Shown piece after piece: positions 1 through 9,111 of a stretch of DNA of 64,000 nucleotides. Under the pieces are notes generated by a model that was given only the letters and a program-made list of their open reading frames with translations, was not told the origin of the DNA and made no database searches. Origin of the DNA: Armatimonadia bacterium (GTDB taxonomy: Bacteria > Armatimonadota > Zipacnadia > Zipacnadales > UBA11051); contig JBDKRC010000245.1 in the NCBI GenBank assembly GCA_039683575.1, positions 20,909 through 84,908 on the forward strand, in the 5' to 3' direction. The first letter of the stretch is position 1. Each line of letters starts with the position of its first letter. A program made the translations under genes and the position numbers.

Positions 1-867
1 GCGGGCAAAGCCTCCGGTATCCCCATTCACGCGCGCATGCTCAATCTCACCACGCTCTACGCTCCACCCGAAGTCAGGCAGAAGCTAGCGGTGGAGGGGC
101 GTCTCGCCATCACGTCAAAAGGGAAGACCACAGAGTGGCTGTGCCCGAGTAACACAGCGAACCGCAAACAACAGGTTGCGGCGGCCCTTGAGATGCTGGC
201 CTACGGCGTCGCAGGGATTCAGTTTGACTACCTCCGCTACCCCGGGAACACTTCCTGCTTCTGTGCTACTTGCCGCCGAGCCTTCGAACGCGATCTGCAT
301 GTCAGCGTGAAGAACTGGCCCCTTGATTGTCAAAGTGGGTGCTACCGCGGGCGATTCGCGGATTGGCGTCGTGAGCAACTGACGAACCTGGTCTCCGAAC
401 TCTCACATGCCATTCGCGCGGCGAACCCGCGTGCCATGGTCTCAGCCGCGGTTTTTCTCAACTGGGAGGACCATCGGGACACCTTCGGTCAGGATTGGAA
501 GACGTGGGTTGACCGGGGGCTAGTGGACTTCGTGTGCCCGATGGACTACACAACAGAGAATGAGAAGTTCCGTCTGTACGTCTCGCGCCAGCAGGAGTGG
601 ATTGCGGGGAAAGTGCCGTTCGCGGCGGGGATCGGCATCAACTCAGATGGGCACCAGTTCCCTGGACCGAGACTGGCCCTGGAGCAGGTGCGGATCGCGC
701 GCGAGTATGGGGCTCAGGGGTTTGTGATCTTCAACTACTGCGACAAGCTGGTCAATGATTATCTGCCGGCCTTCGTGGGAACGGTCACACGAGACCCCAC
801 GACCTTTGGGTTGGGGCCGCAGGCCAGTCAACAAAGCGGGCTCGAGCCAGTAAGTCGGTACGATTGA
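1..867 (+). CDS. Glycosyl hydrolase-like family 10 (DUF187/YddW-like) protein, 5'-truncated by window edge
   Basis: Frame open from base 1; motifs WLCP, GIQFDYLRYP, GQDWKTWV..G.VDFVCPMDY, GFVIF typical of GHL10 TIM barrels. Confidence 0.85.
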   Translation, partial: AGKASGIPIHARMLNLTTLYAPPEVRQKLAVEGRLAITSKGKTTEWLCPSNTANRKQQVAAALEMLAYGVAGIQFDYLRYPGNTSCFCATCRRAFERDLHVSVKNWPLDCQSGCYRGRFADWRREQLTNLVSELSHAIRAANPRAMVSAAVFLNWEDHRDTFGQDWKTWVDRGLVDFVCPMDYTTENEKFRLYVSRQQEWIAGKVPFAAGIGINSDGHQFPGPRLALEQVRIAREYGAQGFVIFNYCDKLVNDYLPAFVGTVTRDPTTFGLGPQASQQSGLEPVSRYD

Positions 868-874
868 CGGAACG

Positions 875-1165
875 CTATTGTTCCTGCGAGGCCTGTTGCA
901 TCCACTGGCGCAGCCTGATGCGCAGGGCCTTCGCTGCATAGTCCCACGGGCGCAACTGGTTTGCGTCCACGTTCTTCAGCTCTGCCTGGTTCTCGATGAG
1001 ATCAAGCATCCCCACCGGCGCAAGCCAGATCTCCCGCGGCTCTTCCTCCCCCTGACTATAGCGTAGAGCAAGCTGACGCTCGCCTGGATAGTAGTACAGG
1101 TAGAAGAAGTTGTATCCGTCGGAGTTGGCGGGATGAGCATAGATAATGTGGCTGCGTCGGGCCAT
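875..1165 (-). CDS. Hypothetical protein (96 aa)
   Basis: ATG ORF with GAGGGG upstream, fills the gap between neighbouring genes, globular-looking composition. Confidence 0.65.
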   Translation of the reverse strand: MARRSHIIYAHPANSDGYNFFYLYYYPGERQLALRYSQGEEEPREIWLAPVGMLDLIENQAELKNVDANQLRPWDYAAKALRIRLRQWMQQASQEQ

Positions 1166-1332
1166 TGGAGCGAAATCCCCTCAGTGCTGCGACCTGGACG
1201 TCTCGTCGAGTTTACCACAAGTGAATCCTGTGACAAAGACGATTTTTCACCACACCGCATCGGAGGATTGCTCTCACGCTTAGGCGAAACAAGCTGCAAC
1301 GCTATTGCTGAGACACCAGCAGGAGGATCCGC

Positions 1333-2130
1333 ATGAAAGTCGGGTTGAGCACCATAATCACGCCGCCGGAGTGGTCGTTTGACGAGATCATCAGCCAGAG
1401 CCTGAAGACCGGCTACGAAGCCGTGGAGTTGTGCATTCGTGACCAGGGGGACCTTGCCTACGACACCTCGGCGCAGGCTCTCGCGGATATGGCAGGGAGA
1501 GCACGAGAGGCTGGAGTTGAAATCTCCTCCCTTTGCGCGTCGGTTCGCAACCAGCCCAAGGATATCATGACCAACGACCGTCAGGTCTGGGAAGCCAGCC
1601 TCGACACCATCCGCCGCTGTCTTGACATTACCGCCGGCATCGGCGCAGACACGATGCTCCTGACCATGGGTGCTCTTAGCGATGACCTGTATTACAACGA
1701 AGCATATGCTAACGGCCTGAAGGCTATGCAACTGCTGGCGCCCCACGCTGAGGGCCTGGGCGTCAACATCGCTATCGAGTACGTGTGGAACAAGTTCCTG
1801 CTGTCGCCAATGGAGTTTGCCCGGTTCTGCGATGAAGTCGCCAGTCCTCGCGTTGGCCTCTTCTTCGACACCGGAAACATGGTCATCTTCGGCTTCCCAC
1901 AGCATTGGGTTCGAATCTGTGGCAAGCACCTCATGAAGGTGCACTTCAAGGACTTCAAGCGGGCTGGGTTCGAGTGGAAGCCACTGCTGGAGGGTGACGT
2001 GAACTTCCCGGCAGTCATGGCCGAACTGCGGAAGATCGGATACGATGGAGCGTTGCTTTCCGAAGTGGCGCCATCGCTTGCCTCGCTGGAGGACACCGCC
2101 GCAGCCATCCGCAAGATCATGCAGATGTAG
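1333..2130 (+). CDS. Sugar phosphate isomerase/epimerase (xylose isomerase-like TIM barrel)
   Basis: AGGAGG RBS; metal-ligand motifs IAIEYVWN, FDTGN, VHFKD, GYDG..LSEV. Confidence 0.9.
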   Translation: MKVGLSTIITPPEWSFDEIISQSLKTGYEAVELCIRDQGDLAYDTSAQALADMAGRAREAGVEISSLCASVRNQPKDIMTNDRQVWEASLDTIRRCLDITAGIGADTMLLTMGALSDDLYYNEAYANGLKAMQLLAPHAEGLGVNIAIEYVWNKFLLSPMEFARFCDEVASPRVGLFFDTGNMVIFGFPQHWVRICGKHLMKVHFKDFKRAGFEWKPLLEGDVNFPAVMAELRKIGYDGALLSEVAPSLASLEDTAAAIRKIMQM

Positions 2131-2138
2131 CAGCACCT

Positions 2139-2168
2139 GGGGGGCATCGCCAGCAGGCGATGCCCCCC
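2139..2168. terminator. Perfect 13-bp hairpin between convergent genes
   Basis: GGGGGGCATCGCC-AGCA-GGCGATGCCCCCC; no U-tract. Confidence 0.6.
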
Positions 2169-2182
2169 GATCCCACGCCACA

Positions 2183-2950
2183 CTACTGCACATCGATGGT
2201 ATCGCTTACCCACTCATGCCACATGTCCTGCCAAGCCTTCAACTCGCTTCCTGCGCCACGTCGGGCTTTCGGCAGTTGCGCCAGCTCTTTGTCGCAGGTC
2301 AACTGCTCGTAGATCCGCATCACGATCTCGGATGATTCCGCCTTACTGTGAGCGCCGAGGCCTACGAGCGTTGGCGTACGCACACCTTGCGCGAGCCTGG
2401 TGGGATCGAAGCAGGCCGGACCTGGCAGTGCTCTGGGCTGGTACGCGCAGATGAACCTGCACTGGTTGGGGACCATCATGCCCAGTGCCAGAGCTGCCGT
2501 TGCCCCGGCGCCTTCCCCGACTACGCCAGCGCCCGTTGTTGAGGTGCGGGCCAGTAGCAACTGGAGCGACCGTTCGGCTATCATCGTTATCCGATACATC
2601 GGATGGCGTACGGGATCGCCGCAGGCACTACCTCTTCCGAGTTCGCGTGTGTCGAGAGCAACCCATGCGTGCGTCCCTTCAGGCTGAAACCCCTCGGGTT
2701 TGTCGCGGTCCAACAGATACACTACGGGAGATAGCGAGCTCTCCTGTGGCAGGAATAACCTGACGCGGCAAGGCACGAAACCTGGGCCCTGGAAACTCAG
2801 AGACCGGTTGTTCCATTCAGGTTCGGGCGGTATCGCCGCGAGTTGGACAGTTGCTTTCTGCCAAAATGCCAGGGGTTCACTACTGGCTCCAAAGGAAGCC
2901 TCGGGGCATAGTGTTAGTGCCAGCGTCAGCAAGACCATTATCCTGTGCAT
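2183..2950 (-). CDS. Secreted alpha/beta-hydrolase-fold (acetylxylan esterase-like) protein, probably lacking catalytic residues
   Basis: Signal peptide MHRIMVLLTLALTL; GVVGEGAGA elbow; FDPTRLAQGVRTPTLVGLG and IYEQLTCDKEL resemble the AXE1 C-terminus. Confidence 0.55.
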   Translation of the reverse strand: MHRIMVLLTLALTLCPEASFGASSEPLAFWQKATVQLAAIPPEPEWNNRSLSFQGPGFVPCRVRLFLPQESSLSPVVYLLDRDKPEGFQPEGTHAWVALDTRELGRGSACGDPVRHPMYRITMIAERSLQLLLARTSTTGAGVVGEGAGATAALALGMMVPNQCRFICAYQPRALPGPACFDPTRLAQGVRTPTLVGLGAHSKAESSEIVMRIYEQLTCDKELAQLPKARRGAGSELKAWQDMWHEWVSDTIDVQ

Positions 2951-3064
2951 GTGGACCCGCCTGCCTATTGTTGCTAAGGCTTGACTCGGGAAGTCTTGTG
3001 TGGCCGGTACGACAGGCTTGTAAAGGGAAAGCAAAGATGCACACCAGGACAGGAGGCTGAGAGA

Positions 3065-4309
3065 GTGAGAACGAAGGCTACAGCGGTACTTGTACTGGCG
3101 GCCCTTGCGTTAGGCTGCTTCGCTGCTCCTGCTCCTGTCTACGTTCGTGGTAATGACGGCAAGTGGCGCCAGCTGACCCCCAAGCAAGACGGGCGCAACA
3201 TAACTGTTAACCTGGCTGTGGAGCAGATCGGGAGTGGCTATGCGGACCTGGTGGTGGATAAGCCAGCCTGGATGGTTCTGGACGACGGCGAAGCACCAAA
3301 ACTGGCCTGGATGAAGCTTAACGGCAAAGAGGTGGGCGTGGCTCCGTCGATTGATCTTGGCGCACTGACTGCTCTGCCAGCTACCCTAAGCTTCGGCCTG
3401 AAAGATAACGCTAATCCCCTCGATCCCGCCTCGGCGGCTTTCGTGATCCCCAACGCGCCGAGCACGCCCAAGGTGGATGTGGCGGAGTTGGGGCCGCCAA
3501 AGATTAACGGGCGAATGTCGGTGGTGTTGCCGACTCTGCCGGCGGGGCGCTACCATGCTCTCCTGCGAGTGGCAGATGCCTCCCCCGCCGCAAATGCGCT
3601 TGAAGTCCCGGTGGCCTTCAGCATCGTGGGCTTCCATGTCTCCCCTGATCAGCAGACCGTCGTCGCCGGAACGCCCGGCGGTAGCTTTACACTCAAGGCA
3701 GTGCCGCACGAGACTCTTCGCACCGGAACCGGTGCCGCCGCGTACCTCACCGCCAATGTACAGGGCCAGCATATGTACCTGGCGAAGATCATCGAGGTCC
3801 AGACGCTTTGTGACACCCCGCAGCTGAAGTCAGTCAGGGTCATTGGAGTGCCCGGGGAGACCGACAAAGGGCAGGATGGGAGCAAGCTCTGCCGGCTGGA
3901 GTACGACCTGAGCATCAGGCCGGATCTGCCGTGTCTGCTCGTCACCAGCCGGATTGTCAATCTCGGACCTGAAGGCGGGCTGTATTGCTGGTGGGGATGG
4001 TTGCCGGGATTGGGTTTCGTGGACTCGACCGGAGAGCATCAGTGGGCGATGGAGTATAAGGGGGTGGGGAAGGTTGGCTGGGTGTATCTTCCTTCCGGCA
4101 AGCCGGAACTGGACAGCATCGGCTGGATCTCTCCGTTGGCCTTTGGCGAGAGCAGGTCTGGTACGATGCTACTCTACACTGAGCCTCAAACCATCAGCAA
4201 CGTCAAGACTGGAGCGGCCGTCGAACTGCCATTTGCGCTGATGGCGGCGAACTCGGCCGAAGAGGTGCGGGCGGTGGCCGAGAAGCTGAACTCACTCAAA
4301 GTCTGGTAG
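3065..4309 (+). CDS. Secreted hypothetical protein (beta-rich)
   Basis: GTG start after AGGAGG; signal peptide ..VLVLAALALGCFAA; long clean ORF. Confidence 0.75.
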   Translation: MRTKATAVLVLAALALGCFAAPAPVYVRGNDGKWRQLTPKQDGRNITVNLAVEQIGSGYADLVVDKPAWMVLDDGEAPKLAWMKLNGKEVGVAPSIDLGALTALPATLSFGLKDNANPLDPASAAFVIPNAPSTPKVDVAELGPPKINGRMSVVLPTLPAGRYHALLRVADASPAANALEVPVAFSIVGFHVSPDQQTVVAGTPGGSFTLKAVPHETLRTGTGAAAYLTANVQGQHMYLAKIIEVQTLCDTPQLKSVRVIGVPGETDKGQDGSKLCRLEYDLSIRPDLPCLLVTSRIVNLGPEGGLYCWWGWLPGLGFVDSTGEHQWAMEYKGVGKVGWVYLPSGKPELDSIGWISPLAFGESRSGTMLLYTEPQTISNVKTGAAVELPFALMAANSAEEVRAVAEKLNSLKVW

Positions 4310-4328
4310 GACCGGGAAAGGCTGCACA

Positions 4329-5420
4329 ATGGCCCTCTCGCGCAAGTCTCTCGTGCTCATTGTCCTGCTTCTGGGCATGCTCAAGGCAGGCCTGTGCGCT
4401 CCGTCTTTGGCTCCCAGTGGTCTTGCCTATCCTTTGGAGCCTCTCAAGCCGCAAGACCTGCCTGGATGCATCATGAGAGGTGGCCAGTGGCTTAACGGGC
4501 TGCCGGGCCGCCCTTCCTACAATGGCACCCATGTCCACGCGGGAATTGACCTCCCGGCTCAGCTTGGCGAGGTGGTCTACGCAATGGCTGAGGGAGTTGT
4601 GGACCCGGCCAGCGACTGTCCACACAATGGCTACGGGCCTGGCTGGACGCCGGGGGGCGTCATGATCATCCGGTCTCTCCTGGCTGGCAAGATCCCGTAT
4701 CTGATTGTCTATGGTCACACTCAGAACCATTTGGTCAGGGGCGGTGTCCGGGTGGTGCCCGGGCAGCCAATCGCCGAGATTGGTCCGTGGCTGGCTGAAG
4801 AAGGGGGGCCTCACCTGCACGTAACGGTCCGACTGGGGGAACTACCGCGGCGTGGGTGGGGGACGCCTACGCTTCTCGGGGTGCCTCTCAAAGACGGCGC
4901 CGAGACCGCAGGTACATCCGATGACGTGCTGGCGCTGGGGTACCGCGACCCTCTGTCCCTGCTCAGCGGGCAGTTGGAGGGGGAGACGGCCTTTGGCCTG
5001 GATGCTAACGGCGCACGAGACCAGGCCTTTGTGCAGGCTGCGCTCAGGCGGCAGGAAGCTCTGAACCCTGGAGAGCGGGACTTGCAGCGATTGCCCCTTA
5101 TATCCCTACCCATCACTCCTGAGAAGCTTCTGCAGCGGCGCGGACAGGGTTACATGCAGTACCTTCTTCTCGAGCCTTCCCCCGAAGCCATGGTGCTGCA
5201 GGATGGCGATGATCGAGCTTACTTGGTCTCCTCAAACCTACTGCGTGCCTATGAACGGGCTGGAGGGCCGGAGGTGCTCGGCTATCCGATAGGGGAACAG
5301 CAGGATTGGGGCAGCGCCCTGGTGCAGGGCTTTGAGCATGCCCTCATCGTCTGGGAGAAGGACGCGAGGCAAGCGAAGGTGATTCTGCGGGAGATGCGCT
5401 CCCGTCAGCAGACAAAATGA
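4329..5420 (+). CDS. M23 family metallopeptidase with C-terminal LGFP-like repeat
   Basis: Signal peptide; HAGID (HxxxD), YGH, GPHLH (HxH); C-terminal GGPEVLGYPIGEQ..VQGFE. Confidence 0.85.
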   Translation: MALSRKSLVLIVLLLGMLKAGLCAPSLAPSGLAYPLEPLKPQDLPGCIMRGGQWLNGLPGRPSYNGTHVHAGIDLPAQLGEVVYAMAEGVVDPASDCPHNGYGPGWTPGGVMIIRSLLAGKIPYLIVYGHTQNHLVRGGVRVVPGQPIAEIGPWLAEEGGPHLHVTVRLGELPRRGWGTPTLLGVPLKDGAETAGTSDDVLALGYRDPLSLLSGQLEGETAFGLDANGARDQAFVQAALRRQEALNPGERDLQRLPLISLPITPEKLLQRRGQGYMQYLLLEPSPEAMVLQDGDDRAYLVSSNLLRAYERAGGPEVLGYPIGEQQDWGSALVQGFEHALIVWEKDARQAKVILREMRSRQQTK

Positions 5421-5447
5421 GAGCCGGAGGCGAAATGCCTCCGGCTC
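5421..5447. terminator. Hairpin between convergent genes
   Basis: GAGCCGGAGGC-GAAAT-GCCTCCGGCTC directly after the stop codon. Confidence 0.6.
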
Positions 5448-5465
5448 ATGCTGATTGAAGTGTTA

Positions 5466-7151
5466 CTATTCCTCGGCTACAAGCTGTACCCCGAAATCGA
5501 AATCCAGGTCCACCTCAAAGAGCCTGCGCCAAGGCAGCTTCACCCGCGTCTCCTCCAGATCCGCCAGCACCAGACCGTTACGTGCCTCGTCCGGGCCGAC
5601 ACACACCGACCGACGCCCGAGGAACTGCTCTATCCACAGGTCCGCTGCCGCGTGCGTCAGTTCCTCGCGGACGATAGCCTCTGCCTGCGGATAGCTGTTT
5701 GCCAGATCAAATACCGACGCCTGGAGCAGACTGACAACGGTCTTTGTCACCTTGGGCCGAATCCGCGACATGTACAGCCAGTCGTCAACGAGGTGGTAGA
5801 ACAGCAGGCCCACATGCGCCCGTTCACTTGCTATCAAAGAGTTCAGCAGTTCGAGATACCGCATGGGCGTCAGACTGACGACCACGTTCGCCAGGTCGAA
5901 CGCACCTTTGTCCTGCAGGGCGATGAGCCGCAGGGTGCCCTGGGCCAGCGCAGACCCTACAGAGTTGCCAGCGGTGTTCCATCCAGCGAAGCTGAGCAGG
6001 CTCAGAGGCTCAACCCCCGCCTGAATGAGACTTGTCACGAAAGCATCCTCAGCCCCATTGGCGAAGGCCGCGTCACAGATTGCCAGCCCTGGATGATCAA
6101 GTTCCGCGATTTTCTGCGCGAACTGCTGGCACTTCTCTACGCGACCGCTCTTGCGTTCATCATCTTCATAGTAGTAGGCCCGTTCGCGGCGCAGAGGTGC
6201 ATTTACGGCCAACACCAAATCGGCGCTCTGCGGGCTATCGGTCAGCTCGCCGCCGATTACCTTGACGTTGGCGGCCAGCGTCTCCTGGAAGGGGCGGTCC
6301 TCAAAGGTCGCTATGTTCTTCATGTGCCCGGCATGTGACGGCATCACATATACCTGCGGCACCTTCCCCATGTGACCGTGCACAAAGCGCGCGAAAAGCG
6401 TGGCGCCCGTTTCATCAGCACCGGGGTACAGCATCACTTTGTCTTCAAGGTTCAAAGCCTGAACCCGCGACAGCAGCTCGGCTTGTTCGGGACGATGCAA
6501 CCCATGTTCGGCAGCGTCTTCCTGCGTCAAGGCCAGGAAATCCACCGATCCCTGTGCGACATGCTCAACTGCACTCAGGTTGACTGCATGATTGCGCTCA
6601 CGGCATGCCAGGTATTGTCCCAGCAGGTCTGCAGGAAGCCGCCGCGTGATCTGGTCCAGTTCGCGCTGGTTCGCCTCTTTGCCGAACTCATCCACGAGCC
6701 CGCGCAATTCCGAGTATCGGCGTAACAGGCCCCAGTACGGCGCCAGGTGATCATTGGCGGCGGTGATCGAGAGCCGCATAATGACGTTGCTGGCCAGGAT
6801 TTGCATCTCCGGCGCGCGCTCACGCATGAGCTTGAGCGCTTCCAGACGCTGTAGAGCGAGCTGGGTGCGGACGTTAGGGCCACGTGAAGCTACGAGCCCG
6901 CCGTATGCCAGCATATCCAGCGAGATGATCGCTGCATCGGCTCCGGTCTGTGCCTCCGCAAGCAGCCAGTCTGTGAGGCCCTCAGGCTGGCCGGGCGTCA
7001 TGAATTGCCCCAGAAGCTCAAGCGGCGGCAGGGCCAGCTCGTAGTCCACCATCTCGGCCAGCATGCGCACATGCTTGACGGAGTACGGGCGGTCATCCAA
7101 AGGAAGATATACGACCTTGTGGAGGCGATGTCGAAGAGTCAAACCTTTCAC
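5466..7151 (-). CDS. DUF4127 family protein
   Basis: YLPLDDRP, SLDMLAYGGLVASR, YPGADE, FAGWNTAGNSVG, LPWRRLFEV motifs. Confidence 0.85.
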   Translation of the reverse strand: MKGLTLRHRLHKVVYLPLDDRPYSVKHVRMLAEMVDYELALPPLELLGQFMTPGQPEGLTDWLLAEAQTGADAAIISLDMLAYGGLVASRGPNVRTQLALQRLEALKLMRERAPEMQILASNVIMRLSITAANDHLAPYWGLLRRYSELRGLVDEFGKEANQRELDQITRRLPADLLGQYLACRERNHAVNLSAVEHVAQGSVDFLALTQEDAAEHGLHRPEQAELLSRVQALNLEDKVMLYPGADETGATLFARFVHGHMGKVPQVYVMPSHAGHMKNIATFEDRPFQETLAANVKVIGGELTDSPQSADLVLAVNAPLRRERAYYYEDDERKSGRVEKCQQFAQKIAELDHPGLAICDAAFANGAEDAFVTSLIQAGVEPLSLLSFAGWNTAGNSVGSALAQGTLRLIALQDKGAFDLANVVVSLTPMRYLELLNSLIASERAHVGLLFYHLVDDWLYMSRIRPKVTKTVVSLLQASVFDLANSYPQAEAIVREELTHAAADLWIEQFLGRRSVCVGPDEARNGLVLADLEETRVKLPWRRLFEVDLDFDFGVQLVAEE

Positions 7152-7177
7152 CTCTCAGTTGGTGCGGGCAATGATGC

Positions 7178-7894
7178 CTACAACTGATCCAGTGCTTCTC
7201 GATAGACGCGCGTCGCTGCGCTGATGTCTGCTGCGGTTCGTCCTGTGACGATGGCACCTATCAGCAGTGCCCGGATCCCCGTCGACGCCAGAGCCGCCAG
7301 ATCATCAGGGACGATATGGCGCTGAGTTGGCACCATCACCGGCCTGTCGGCCTGCCCCAGGATACGCGTGACTGTAGTATAGTCTGCAAGGTCGCCGGCT
7401 GACAAGGGATTGCCATACTCGGTGTGAGGGATGATTGAGGCCTCGATCATCCCGATGGATGTCAGGGTCGCAACCGAGGCCAAACGGTCCGGCCTGGACA
7501 TGTCTTCGTGCCCCAGCGCAGCCATTAGTGGGAGAGGCAGTGCGCTCAGGAGCCATGCTGGCATGGCCCCAAGGTAGAGATCGGCAAAGTCCAGGCCGAG
7601 TTCATGCAGCCTGCGGAAATCATCCGGCGACGCCATCCGGGAGGCATCTCCCGGCACAATCCCCACCGGTAGCCCCAGGGACGCAATTTCCTCAATTCGC
7701 GTGGCCTCATCGTCCAGGGAGCCAAAACGAACCTTCGCCGCGGCGTGCTCGATGTTGATATGAACCTTCAGGCCCTGAGCCCCGCCATCGCGAGCGGCGC
7801 GGGCCAGATCGGGGTCATTAGCCGGCAGACTCACCAGCAGCGCCGGAGGCCCGGGCTTGCGCATAAGCTTCAGCGTCTGGCACTCATTCATCAT
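7178..7894 (-). CDS. Conserved hypothetical TIM-barrel protein
   Basis: LVSLPAND..A..GGAQGLKVHIN, IEASI, PTQR, LIGAIVTG; alternating beta/alpha pattern; start overlaps the upstream stop. Confidence 0.75.
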   Translation of the reverse strand: MMNECQTLKLMRKPGPPALLVSLPANDPDLARAARDGGAQGLKVHINIEHAAAKVRFGSLDDEATRIEEIASLGLPVGIVPGDASRMASPDDFRRLHELGLDFADLYLGAMPAWLLSALPLPLMAALGHEDMSRPDRLASVATLTSIGMIEASIIPHTEYGNPLSAGDLADYTTVTRILGQADRPVMVPTQRHIVPDDLAALASTGIRALLIGAIVTGRTAADISAATRVYREALDQL

Positions 7895-9111
7895 TTACCC
7901 ACCGGGAAGTCAGCTTGCGGCAAGCCGATACGAATATGTGTCACTCCGGCGAGAGCGGCATTGGCCACCGCCGCAGTCTCTGGGCTCAAGGGCTTGAGCA
8001 CATTCAGTTCCCCTGGTATCCGCCACAGACCCCGCCTCCCGCGCCCTGATGCTTGCCCCGTGTCAGCACAGCCAGGGGAGACGAATGCAATCCGTGGCAT
8101 CGGCTCCCATGGCCCGTTGTCATACCGAACCTGCACGATGGTGCGCGACAGCGTTCGCTGCATCCAGTCCGCATAGTCGCCAAGGACGTCATCGGACCGG
8201 TAACTCGGCAGGATCAGGGACGAAAAGAATGGGAAGCGTCCGGCGAAGTCGGGCTGCGTTGGGTCAGCGGGCCCTATGACCATCCACTGGTGACCTGTCC
8301 GAACGTAAGTAAGCTCGGGGCTCGTCGCGTGGTGGCGTGGGATGATCTGAAAGCCGCCCATCATGCCCAAGGGCGAGGTTGATACGTCAATCACACCCGG
8401 ATGATTGGCGCGGATGCGTCCGGGAGCCGCATATATCGCGCCCTCAAAACGCCCGATGCCGTCTACTGTCCGATCAACCAGGCCGCAGTCAGTCACCTCG
8501 TCAGGAGACTCTACGGTGACCTTACCACCGACCCTGTTCTCGAACACGAGATACGTTGGCCGCGAGGGAGGCGCGTACCGGATGATGAGCAGGGCATCCC
8601 CGTCGGCAGGCTGATAGTCTGCCGACAAGGATGTCTGCTCTCCGTCGCGCACCACATACACTGGCGAATTGACTAACGGACTCAATCCGCCCCCGAAGAT
8701 GCTCTCGCCGCCTGGGATGTCTGTGAATATGGCGGACGAACGGAGGCGTCCCGCAGCCCCGATGGTCTTGCCTCCGGGCACAATCGAGAGTGTCATCGGC
8801 CGTCCAGTGTCCCGATTGTTGGCAACCTTGATGTGGATGGCGTTCGTGGCAGTGGCCGCGATGGCGCTATCTTGGGCCCACATGGCCGCGGTGAAGCTGG
8901 CAGGGTTAACCCTGTCTGCCGGTATGACGACGTTACCCAGAACGTGCCAGGTGGCTCCGCCGTCGGAGCTTGCTTCGACGCGGCCGCCACTGGAGTTAGT
9001 GACTCTCAACCGCAGTGTCTCCGCCGGCCCCTCTGCTGCATCCACGGCGGCTAAGGCAGCGAACAGCAGAGCCCCGAGCGCCACAGACCACGCCACCCAT
9101 CCTGATCTCAT
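7891..9111 (-). CDS. Secreted hypothetical protein
   Basis: ATG at 9111 overlaps the apgM stop (ATGA); signal peptide MRSGWVAWSVALGALLFAALAAVDA; two related beta-rich halves. Confidence 0.75.
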   Translation of the reverse strand: MRSGWVAWSVALGALLFAALAAVDAAEGPAETLRLRVTNSSGGRVEASSDGGATWHVLGNVVIPADRVNPASFTAAMWAQDSAIAATATNAIHIKVANNRDTGRPMTLSIVPGGKTIGAAGRLRSSAIFTDIPGGESIFGGGLSPLVNSPVYVVRDGEQTSLSADYQPADGDALLIIRYAPPSRPTYLVFENRVGGKVTVESPDEVTDCGLVDRTVDGIGRFEGAIYAAPGRIRANHPGVIDVSTSPLGMMGGFQIIPRHHATSPELTYVRTGHQWMVIGPADPTQPDFAGRFPFFSSLILPSYRSDDVLGDYADWMQRTLSRTIVQVRYDNGPWEPMPRIAFVSPGCADTGQASGRGRRGLWRIPGELNVLKPLSPETAAVANAALAGVTHIRIGLPQADFPVGK

